Of a DNA stretch of 64,000 nt, positions 22,331 to 32,586 are shown one piece after another. Both the position numbers and the translations under genes were made by a program. A model generated the notes under the pieces. It was not told the origin of the DNA. It saw nothing but the letters and a program-made list of their open reading frames with translations, and did no database searches. The stretch is taken from positions 1-64,000 of the forward strand of contig JAMWBK010000010.1 of the NCBI GenBank assembly GCA_029953675.1, given 5' to 3'. The stretch comes from Rhodosorus marinus CCMP1338 (lineage: Eukaryota > Plantae > Rhodophyta). Position 1 is the first letter of the stretch. Each line of letters begins with the position of its first letter.

Positions 22331-22714
22331 AAGGCAGCGAGAGGATGCGCTTGAAACGAGGAACACTCTCGGACCCGAACACGACTCCATTCTCAACCGA
22401 AAACCGACGGACAGCAAAAGCCTGATAGATATAGAGTTTAGTCTCCTCTCAGAGGAAGCAAAAATCCAGCCGACAGTCAACTTTCGATGTAGATATGAAA
22501 AACATCCATCCTATGAAACCTCGAGCAGATAAGAAGTTCTCAGTCTTTCGTGGTGCTAAGCTCAATTAACTGATAGAACGGAGAGAATCCTCAATTGAAG
22601 TTTCTAAGACGGCTGCGTCACAGCCGCCATGTTGCAACCCCTTTTCCACCTCTGGCTGTGGATTGAGTGAAAAGGTCGGAGAATCAGCCAAACGCTTCGA
22701 CCCGATCCTAACTG

Positions 22715-24780
22715 GCTTTAATAGCATAGCTTAAAGCGCTACGCAAAGCGTGAAAAGGAACTAAGGACTACGTAGGGAAGCGTCCAAACCCAGGCGCCTA
22801 TGGCGCGCCTCGGCAAGCATGCTGCTCGAATATCGCCACAGAGAGACACTTAAACGCCGCAAAAGTTTCAAGTATTCAACAGGATGCTCAGTGAAACATT
22901 TCCGCAACCACTCCAAAACCCGACTTCTCCACGTGACCAAAGCTTTCCACAATGAAAGGCTGGAACCGGTGGGAGCGACCCTCAGCGCGAGGCAGACTGG
23001 CCATACTCTCTGCATATCGTCGTTCCTTCACTCGGCGAAGGGCCGAAGCAGCTGCTCCCCGGCGGCCGGCGGCAGCCGTGAGATGGGCACTTGCCACAGG
23101 GCATGTAATCGCGAGGTCAACATATGCTGAGCGTCTGGCGGCAGCATCGGAGACGAGGAGATCTGCGATACAGCGGGGCGGTGCCCTATCCGAGACCGAT
23201 CTTGGTAGTTCCGATTCGACCTCAACCGTATGCCCTACCCGAGTCAAACATTCGCTGAGAATGTACTTGAAGCGAGTGTGACGCCTCGTACGAAGACCTC
23301 TCAACAGTCCGCGTGAACCTAAGAAAGCATCAATCCGACTCTCACATCCCTGACAGAAAGACAGCCGATTAGAGTGCCACGGAGCTTGTGGCAAATCCAG
23401 ATAGATCCGTGCGGCAGAGCGAAACTGGAAGGCATCGAGACGGTGACCCAGTGATGACGGCAGGGTCGTTAACCACAAATGTGAAAGATGGCCTCCCATG
23501 CAGCGGAGGCGAGCGGCGGTGGTAGGCGGTGTGAGGGGAGAGTTGAGCAAGACTGCAAGAGCGGCACTGTGTTGGCCCCAGGTGAGGCTATGTTGAATCA
23601 CATCAGTGCGCGAGCTCCACAATCGGTTCAGACCCGGGTAATCTGCAACCGTTGACCCGGGGCTAGCTTCCCCCTCGTCGGTGAGTACTCTGTCGATGGG
23701 AGAGTCCTCGAGTGCCTCAGTTGTTCCCCATAACAGCTCCTTCCAGGAGCGAAATCTGGATCGGCTCTCGTCCGGTACGGCGTTGCACTTAGTGAACGCC
23801 TGTTGCAGAGCATCGTAGATACTCAAAAGCGGTGGCGGAAGGGTCACGAGGTCTTCGCTAGTCAGTGCTCTAGCCAAAATGCAAGCACTTCGCATCCGAA
23901 AACTCACCAAGGTGCGAAGTGCGGTAGCCCAGGAGGCGACCGCAGAAGCCGAGCGCACGAGTCCACGGTCGGCCACTCCAAATCCGCCTAATCGTAAAAG
24001 TCGAACGAATGGTTTAATCGGAGGCTGAAAAAAAAAACCCCGAGGGGAAAAAAAGACTAAGCGCGGCGAAGTACTCGCGCCTCCAACATCAAAGCGGCAT
24101 TCATGCGAAAAAGTAGGGCAATCTGGTCATGAATTAGGTCCCTGTCAGGAGCCGCTTCCACATTCAGGGGTTCATCCAAGAGCGTTCCCCAGTGCGGTGG
24201 AAGGCTTCGCAGCCAGTAATTCAGTCGGGGGCCGGCACAAAAGCGGGAGAGCAGGCAAATCGATTGGAGCATGCTGTCCGGTAGACGCTCAATGGCGTCG
24301 GTGAGCCGCTTATGGCGTGCTAAAACTCGTTCGCAAGAGTCTTGGACAAAGTTGTCAGGGCCTAAAAGCGAGCCATGGTGCTCGAACCCCTCACGTTCAC
24401 CAAAGGCTCGGACACTAGGTGGCAGGGAGCCCCTCGAAACTACAAAAAACGGCATTTTTCGGGTTCCACGGTTAGACCTACTCCACCTGCGATTGCTTCG
24501 ATCTGGGTCAATCCCCGAGCCAAGTGCTCAGGGGTGCCAAGCAACGTCACTTCGTCATGGTAGGCACAGATGCGAAGCTCCGGCACCTCAGGGGCCAGTC
24601 GCTGGAGCACGAGCTGCAAGGCACAGGCGTGGAGTACAGGCTCACAAGGATCACCCTGTTGAACACCAATACGTGCTGCAAAAACAGAGTCCGGCATTGT
24701 CAAGTAAGGGAGGCTCCCCCCTCCGTAAATACCAGATAGGAACGGCCACGCCTCCGGAAATATCCTTCGCAGCCTTCAGA
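22715..24780 (-). mobile_element. Family A 5'-truncated copy with a nested C mini-insertion
   Basis: ORF 22888-23976 (RLE region), RT motifs 24440-24703, 3' UTR and tail near 22715-22760. Confidence 0.85.
24002..24107 (-). mobile_element. 106-bp family C insertion inside family A
   Basis: C 3' UTR plus ORF end flanked by aaaagt (23996-24001, 24108-24113). Confidence 0.8.
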
Positions 24781-24879
24781 TCAGGTTTTTGCAACGCTGA
24801 TCGAAGGCATATGCCGAAGAAGCTGGGAATGTGCGGACTTGAATACCTGTACCTGGATTAGGTAATCTTAGGAACGACG

Positions 24880-25185
24880 TTATGTTGAGAGTATGGCCAG
24901 TCTGCCACGGGCTGTGATAGTCACTACCACCAGCCACCCCTTCCATTGTGGAAAGTTTTGGTCACGCGGAGAGGTCGCGTTTGGAGTGTTTGCGAAACTG
25001 TTTTACTAAGGATGCTGTTGAATATTTGGAATTTTTGCAGCATTTAAGTATTTTTCTGTGGCGATATTTGAGCAGCATGTTTGCCGAGACGAGTCAGCGA
25101 GGTTTGGATTTGCATGCTAATTGTCCTAGTAGTTACTTTCATCTCACATTTTCCGTGGCATTTTAGGCCATGGTAATAAAACCAC
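24880..25185 (+). mobile_element. Old AT-shifted family A 3' remnant
   Basis: Degenerate ESFGH..SRLECLR..IFLWRY peptide and an aataaaacc tail. Confidence 0.65.
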
Positions 25186-25379
25186 GATGAAAAGATACAT
25201 TCTCCTACAAACTTGACCTTGACGAAAGGATGCGACAAATAACTATGAGTTTAAATTACCAAGTTTCTTCAGGTAAAAGCTCTACACCAACAGAGGCCGT
25301 CTCGATCTCGCGCTGGTTTCTAGAGGGAAAAATGGACAGAAACAGTTACGCTGTCAGAAACTCGTTTGTGTGACAGGAG

Positions 25380-26687
25380 ATTAGTTTGAATCGCTTTCCG
25401 TCATACATAGCTAGCGGTGCACCGTTCTCCATATATTGAAAGTTCTACGCAAGCTTGAGCTTCGATACATTGAGAACCGGAACTGGAGCACCTAATGGCC
25501 CTGCAACCACAGCCTACCCCGGGGATCCCATACCCTTCCTGATAGGCACGTGGGCACACGGCGGTTTGAGACTCAGGAACAGATCGGAGTGTTAGGCATA
25601 GGTTGAGCGGTCCGCCAGAGCGGAGGCAAGAGGGCGGCTGTGGACAAACCTGATTTGGCCGGCAGTTGGACGAGGGGCAAGTATTGCATTCACAGATACC
25701 ATCAGGCCCTGCAATTGCGAGCTTCAGGGAAACATAGACAGAAAAAGTTAAAAACTCGTTTGTGCGACTGGAGGTTAAGACCTGTCACCCCTTTGGTGGG
25801 GATTGCTTGGTGATGATCTTTCCCTCATACCATGTTATCGGAACATTGTGTTTCTTGAAATACTGAAAGCTCTTGGCAGACATGTGAGTCGATGCACTGA
25901 AATCCGGAGCATTGAATGTCCCTGCAACCACAGCCTTCCCCGTGGCTTGCATAACCTTCCTGAAAGGCACGTTGGCACACGGAGGTTTGAGACTCTGAAA
26001 GAGATCGGCGTGTTGGGCGTAGGTATGCGGTCCGCAAGAGCGGAGGCAAGAGAGCGGCTGTGGACAAACCTGATTCGGCTCGCAGTTGGACGAACTGCAA
26101 GTGAGGCAGAGAGTTTCTATAGAGCAGACCTGCCGGAACGGTTTCTTAGGGTTCGGCACTCTGCATGAAGTACCAGTACTGGAAGGCGCTAGATACACCC
26201 GCACTTCCTCTGGACCTTCCTCTCCCAATACGCGGACCTGGGCGAATGCGTAAAAATCAAGCTGGGCTCCACAACAGCTAACGCCGGGCGTGATGACCAT
26301 GATATCCTCAGGCTTCATAATAATTGAGGCTTCGCTTATCCATGTGGATTCGTCGTCGAGCTTAGAAAGTTTCCTCCTCCTCGTATATCTCTGCTTGCCC
26401 ATGACAAATGACCCTCCAGATGCGAAGAGGCCCGCTCTGATCTTCAGCAGACCGATATGTGGGAAAACACTAAATTCCATTTTGAAAAAGTTTGCGACTT
26501 CACCCTCGCTCACAGTCATATTGAGCACCCCGAACCGCTTGTTCGAATCATCGATCAGATCAAACCTGCTACTACCAGCAGTAAATCGCAAGAACGCCGG
26601 CTCTTCAGAACACGTGAGGGGACTCGCCGTACCCAGCAATGCCAGCAATGCCAGGCTGAACAAAAACAATATGGCCACTCTCGCCAT
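25380..26687 (-). CDS. Secreted protein with tandem Cys-rich repeats; probably spliced and frameshifted (possible pseudogene)
   Basis: Signal peptide MARVAILFLFSLALLALLGTA. DNA repeat 25920-26100 vs 25490-25680. The second copy reads SSNCRPNQVCPQPPSC...VCPRAYQEGYGIPGVGCGCR, while the first copy has a 1-nt deletion. Candidate GTATGA donors. TATAAAT at 26847-26853. Confidence 0.6.
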
Positions 26688-27597
26688 CTCGTCCGTAGCG
26701 CTCCAACGACGTCAGCTCACTGGTTCCCAACTCCCCGTTTGCTCCGCGTCCAGCTTTGAAAAGACCCCAAAGCATTGCCAAACCCGAGCAACTTGCCTTC
26801 TAGCCACACCAGCGCTCCCTGTTGCCCACAAATCCATACATGCAGTATTTATAGCTAACTCAGTCTCCTCTCAAACACGTAACAAACGGTTGGTGAAGAT
26901 ATCAGCGCAAAGCAGCCATAATCATCGTTTCGATAACAGCGAAACCTTCCCTTTCCTCCCCCCGGGTGGATTTCTGAAAAGGGGTAACGAAGATATGAAT
27001 CCCTTTCAACCTCCAGTAGATTTCACTTGTTTTCCTGAGACCGATTCACTTAGTCACCCGTTTCGCCGATGGAGGGAGGTTGTTTTTCGATCTCCGAATG
27101 AACACATGCATTCAATGGAGGGACCGAACAAGCTCATAAAGTCTTGTTGCCACGCATCTCCCGTGGAGGAAGGGTTGAACTATCGTCAGGCATTTCCCCG
27201 CAACTCTATTCAGCGACCCAACACGAGAAACGCGAGAAGGGGGGGAGAGGAGTAAACATACAACATTCAAGGGGGTGGACCAGATTTCTCTCAATCTAAT
27301 TTTCTAGAATAGGCTATAAAAAAACTAACACTGAACCGGAGTGGGGGGGCATATGGCAAGAAATCTACACTCCGCGGTTTGCGAGCTACTCCAATCTTGA
27401 TTTTTCAAAGTTTCCTTTAGTACTTGTTTTTCCTTTTGGTTGTCGAAGACCCTCGGAATTGGAGGTTTTTAGTGACTACACAAAGCGTCAACGACACATT
27501 CAGTCTTACTCAAGTTGGATAAGAAAGAGTCAGTTCAGCGAGCTTCTCAGCCTGGAAATCGAGAGTCTTGGTACACAAAATTTTGCATCGAACATTT

Positions 27598-27755
27598 CTG
27601 ATGGAAAGCTTTTCAGATAGAAAACTTTGCGGATGGAAAGTTGTTCGGATAGAAAGTTGTTCGGATAGAAAGTTTTTCGGATAGAAAGTTTTTCGGATAG
27701 AAAGTTTTTCGGATAGAAAGTTTCTCAGATAGAAGATTTCATATGGGAAGTTCCA
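27598..27755. repeat. 16-bp minisatellite (GGATAGAAAGTTTTTC)n
   Basis: About 9-10 units, near-perfect in the centre and degenerate at the edges. Confidence 0.85.
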
Positions 27756-27823
27756 GGGAGAAGGATAAACAGCCAATGGACCAAAAATACAGCTGACCTC
27801 CGACGGCTGCCGAGTGTATACCC

Positions 27824-30800
27824 GAACGAATGGTTTAATCGGAGGCTGAAAAAAAAAACCCGAGGGGAAAAAAAGACTAAGCGCGGCGAAGTACTCGCGC
27901 CTCCAACATCGAATGAATGGTTTAATCGGAGGCTGAAAAAAAAAACCCCCCGAGGGGAAAAAAAGACTAAGCGCGGCGAAGTACTCGCGCCTCCAACATC
28001 AAAGCGGCATTCATGCGCCACAGCAGGAAACTTAAGCGGGTAAACAACGATTGAAGACGGTCAGGGCGTTCGCGGAACAACTCCCGAAGCCAGCGAGAAC
28101 CAACAGAGTCCATGAACCCAAAGCACTCAATGATCAGGGGTACCAAGCGATGTGCTAGTGCCGAAGCACGAACACCAGGGGAAGACAAAGCCCCTCCAAC
28201 ATCAAAGCGGCATTCATGCGCCACAGCAGGAAACTTAAGCGGGTAAACAACGATTGAAGACGGTCAGGGCGTTCGCGGAACAACTCCCGAAGCCAGCGAG
28301 AACCAACAGAGTCCATGAACCCAAAGCACTCAATGATCAGGGGTACCAAACGATGTGCTAGTGCCGAAGCACGAACACCAGGGGAAGACAAAGCCCCCGC
28401 GTATTTGATCTCTTTGCGGCGTCTCATGCTGGCGGCGGCAGATCCACGGCGCTCCCCCGCAGCCGGGAGATAACGACTAGCTTGAGGGTTAGGAACAGCA
28501 AGATCAACGTATGTGGTACGGCGGCTGTCGTCACAGGTGATCACCAGGTCGGCTACACGGCGTTCATCATTTTGAAAGTCCGCGACGGGTAAAGGTTTCT
28601 CACGTTCGATTTCCAGACCGGCTTGCCGGACTATAGGCCGAAGTTCCCGGTATAACAGGTTCAAGATCCGTGTATGGCGGCGGATTCGAGCACCTTTCAC
28701 CGCCGGGCAACTAGCGAGCAGGTGGGCGCCAAAATCTGCGTTGTCTTCAGTCTGAGAGCAGAGAGGGCACGACGAACCCATCTCGTACGGCCAAGGGGGC
28801 TGATGTAAGCCGAGGTATAAGCGCAGTGAAGTACGCACTTCGAAATCCGACAGTGTGAGTGGCGGAAAGGCTGGTACGGTCATGAGCCACTGAGAGCTAA
28901 TAACCCCTCCAAGACTACGTAGGCGGGCGCGAGCGCGAGAAGATGAGACCATCTGTGCGAGGAGTCGGCCATATGCAGCACGGTGCAAGTCCCAAGAAAG
29001 GATATTTTGCAGCGCATCCGTGCGTGCTTGAGCTCGGCTCCCAGCGCGCTGGGAATCATCAGGAGGATCACCTGGAACTTCTTCTTCTGCGGCAACCACT
29101 GGGTCAATCTCCCCTAGAACAGGTTCAGGCGCAGGACGAATCCCCGGGGCGGAGCCTCGAGAGCGGTCAAATACAGCTCGCCAGTCAGGAAGACGGGGTT
29201 GAACCGTTTCGGGGAGACTAGTACAGGAATTCAGGGCGGTTTGGAGCTCCAGAAACAAGTCTTGGGCGCTTTCCGGTACGCTGGGAAGCAAGACACCCCG
29301 CGAGAGGCTCGCCATCAAATTGCGGAACTTCGAGATACCCAAGCTGCTCAAAGTGGGAAGTGCGGTACCCCAGGCCCCTACTGCGGCTGCAGGTTGGACC
29401 ACAACACGATTGCAGAGGCCCAGTCCCCCCAATCGCAATGGGAGGCCTACCTGGGCGCGCACAACATCACAGGTGGGTCGCGGCAGAGCGCTCAGCTCTT
29501 CATCGAGAAAATACCCCAGGTCACGGAAACTTTCAGCATCCGCACGAGTGGCCAACCACCGGCCCCAATGAGTTGGAAGTGAGCGAAGCCAATAGGTTAA
29601 CCGCTGACTGCAACAATACCGAAACAGCAACAACGAGCACTGGAGAAACCCCGGAGGTAGCCGTCGAAGCTCTGCAACCAGCTGTCTGTGCTTACCGAGG
29701 AGCTGCAGCAACTCGCCTTCAACGAAGGACGGCGACCCGTAGGGGATGCCTAAGTGGACAAAACCATCCGGTCTCCAAATATCCTGGAACGACGCAGGTA
29801 CCTGCTGCTCTTGTGCAGCTACACCTCCCCAGTAGAACGATTTGTGATGATTAACCTCCAGGTCAACCCGCGAAGCCCAGGAGCGGAGACGATCATAAGC
29901 GAGTGCTAGAGTATCAGGGGGCCCCAGGAGGCACACGTCGTCGTGGTATGCAACCGTACGAACCTGCGGGAATTCGGAGCGAAGACAAAGCAAGACGAGT
30001 TGTAGTCCACAGGCATGTAGGAAAGGGGACAAGGGATCACCCTGTTGTACCCCTGTGCGCGCCGCAAACGTGTGTGAGGAAGCGCCAAGGGTGTCATAGG
30101 TAGCCCCACGACCAAGCGGAGAATAAAGTCTACTAACAAAGGGAAAGCCTACAGGGAAGACTTCGCGCACCACGTGCATGAGGGCAGGACGAGAGACGCG
30201 GTTGAACGCATTGGTAAAATCTACAGAGAGGAGCCCAGAATCTGGGGAGTACGCCATTTCCGAACGGAGTAAAACAGACAACAACTCACAGCCACCACGA
30301 TAGCCCACGCCTAACTGCACGTGCCCAAAGAAACGGCGGGATTCGGGAACCAGGATTTTCACTAACCATCGCGCCGCCAATTTGCGGACCACCTCAACCA
30401 GGCCAATAGGGCGAATAGCAGGGCTCGAGGCCGTGTGGCCGGGCTTCGAAAGCAGACACAACTACGAACGCCCGACCAAGAACCACGCTCACTCACACAC
30501 AGGGGATCACCATTCACAAGCGCTTCGACCACCCACGCCAACGCCTTCAAACCTTCATCACTTAAGAAACGGAGATATTCCACCCGCAGCCCCGAGGGCC
30601 CTGGGGAACGGCCCTTCGGTGCATCATGAACCAACTCACGCAGCGCCTCCATATTGACCACTAACCGCGCACTGGGATGTGGCGCGGCGCGGTACTCTTC
30701 CAACACTGATTCAAACGAGGAGTCCCAAGGGGAGCCTTCCGAGGGAAAGAGCAAACGGAGCGGTGAAGAAAGATCATCGGAGTATGGAACCACAGGTTGC

Positions 30801-32519
30801 CGCTGCTGGAGGATCCCGGCTGCCCGCCGCAGATCACCGCCTGCCACCGCGTGACGCGCCCGATTCTGTCGAGAAGACCTAAAAGCTGAGGGAGCACTAG
30901 GAGAAAAGGAAGAGAGAGAAGCGAAATAAAGACGTTCGAGGTCCTCAAAGTCGCCGGAAAGGAACATTTGCAGTTTTCGGCGAGGGTGGACCCGGCGAGG
31001 ATGTGGGTTGAGGGGGACGGTAGAGGAGGTGAGCACGAGGCGGGGAAAAAAGAACAAGAGTTCCCAGCGAAGAGAGCAGTGAGGGTTCGCGGCGACCTGC
31101 TGCCAGAGAAAATCCAACACCAATCCTAGGGGCTTATGAAGTCGACGAGGGAGCCGTACGGCCGTGCTCTGACGACAAAGGGGAAGGGAACCGTCCGGGT
31201 AGGAGGCGACAAGGTGCGAAAACCACGAGAGAACACGCTCATGCCAGGCTGAGCGGTCACTGGTAAACAAGGGTAACCGGGACGACACGCACGCGGAGGA
31301 GGAAGACTCAGACATCGGGCCTCCCCTCAGTCGGGAAGGCAGATCGAATATCCGGAGGAGGTGCCTCGGAGGGAGGCTCAGGAGCCGCACGACGCTTACT
31401 TGGACGGCGCACGAAGGAACTAAAAGACCTGAAGAAAGTAGACACAGGGTTTTCAGCAGCGGAGTCTTGACTGAGGGTGTCCAGAGCCAGCGGATTCGGA
31501 GAGGCCGATGGTGCTTCTGCCATGTCGGTGTCACGAGCCTCGGAGACAGGGCGAGGGGAGGAAGGGTGCTCAAGAGTCGGCGGCAGAAGGTCAAACGCAG
31601 GGTGAGCTTCCAGCAGGGTGGCCTCAGTGGAGAGGAAGGCCTCTAGCGCGGTGCGGAGGACCCCGCGAGGAGGAAAACGCGCGAAGAGGCTCGCCTGTAT
31701 GCGCGAGAGCCGCGCCGCATGAGTGTGTAGCGCGACAACCGAAGCCTGCGAGGCATCCAGGTTTTGCAAGGCCGACGGAGGAACCCAGCCGGCGTCAAAA
31801 CGATCGAACTCGACAAACAAAGAGACATGAGGACGAGTCAGTATCATGTTGGCCAGAGCAGAGCGCTGGGGCGCGGGGGTGGTTACAAGCGATTGAAGGA
31901 ACTGGTGAGCCGAGTCAGTAACAAGAAAACAGGCATGAGGGCCCGTGAAGTCCACATATAGGAATTCAGACGGGGCGACCCCAAGGGAGGAAGCCATGGT
32001 GTCGCGAAAATCGCGGTAGTGGACGGGCGCGCGGCCCCGACCACGAGAGGGGGTCTGGGGACGCACGTTCGTCATCCAAGCAAAGTGGAACGGAGATAGT
32101 TGGCGAGAAGAGTCAATAGGGATGTGTTGTGGCATCATACGCACCATTGCCGTCGTGCGTTGTTCAGAAGAGCCCCTGCGTAGGACCTGCGAATAGGTCG
32201 CACGTGGGGCACTGGAGGGAGCAGGATTCGGGCCCGACGCGGGCCCAGGAGGAGTCTGTCCTTGAATAGGGGTAGGCCAGTCGGAATCAGGAATGACCGG
32301 AGCGGAGCGCTCGGGTCGGGTGGAGGCAGGCCCCGCTGTACCGTGCGGATCCGCGGGGACGGGCACCGGGGGGTATGGGGCAGGCGCGGAGGCGGAGAAG
32401 CGCTCCAAATAGGCGATCAGCAGGGGCAGGCGGTGTTCCTGGGAAGCAGTCACAAGAAGACTCGTCAGTTTCGAGCAGATCCCATGGGCTAACTCGTCAG
32501 CGCAGTCATAACCCTGGGG
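27824..32519 (-). mobile_element. Near-full-length family C element with reiterated 3' end and 10-bp TSD
   Basis: TSD gtgtataccc at 27814-27823 and 32520-32529. ORF1 31308-~32510. ORF2 31315-28155 (VDFTNAFNRVSR, GVQQGDPLSP, AYHDD, CCHC, RLE) with a stop and frameshift near 30430-30480. Confidence 0.9.
31308..32510 (-). CDS. Family C ORF1 (probably N-terminally truncated)
   Basis: Open frame of ~400 codons with TYSQVLR followed by WMTNVRPQT...RDFRDTMASSLG...YVDF. Its stop overlaps the ORF2 ATG (ATGTCTGA). Confidence 0.75.
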   Translation of the reverse strand, partial: YDCADELAHGICSKLTSLLVTASQEHRLPLLIAYLERFSASAPAPYPPVPVPADPHGTAGPASTRPERSAPVIPDSDWPTPIQGQTPPGPASGPNPAPSSAPRATYSQVLRRGSSEQRTTAMVRMMPQHIPIDSSRQLSPFHFAWMTNVRPQTPSRGRGRAPVHYRDFRDTMASSLGVAPSEFLYVDFTGPHACFLVTDSAHQFLQSLVTTPAPQRSALANMILTRPHVSLFVEFDRFDAGWVPPSALQNLDASQASVVALHTHAARLSRIQASLFARFPPRGVLRTALEAFLSTEATLLEAHPAFDLLPPTLEHPSSPRPVSEARDTDMAEAPSASPNPLALDTLSQDSAAENPVSTFFRSFSSFVRRPSKRRAAPEPPSEAPPPDIRSAFPTEGRPDV

Positions 32520-32529
32520 GTGTATACCC

Positions 32530-32547
32530 AGGGTTACGTTAGTCTGG
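32530..32547 (+). repeat. Interstitial telomere seed, G-rich on + (inverted relative to the chromosome end)
   Basis: gggttacgttagtctgg, a 17-nt perfect match. Confidence 0.8.
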
Positions 32548-32586
32548 CGCCAGCCCCGGGGCCGGCAGGCCGCGATACCCAATCAT

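Noticed and set aside
22540-22620. U2 snRNA-like stretch (gttctatcagttaat on the minus strand)
   Set aside because: Only a short partial match, with no GUAGUA branch-pairing sequence or Sm site.
26290-27255. 321-aa plus-strand ORF
   Set aside because: Largely antisense to the secreted-protein gene and its promoter, with no recognisable motifs.
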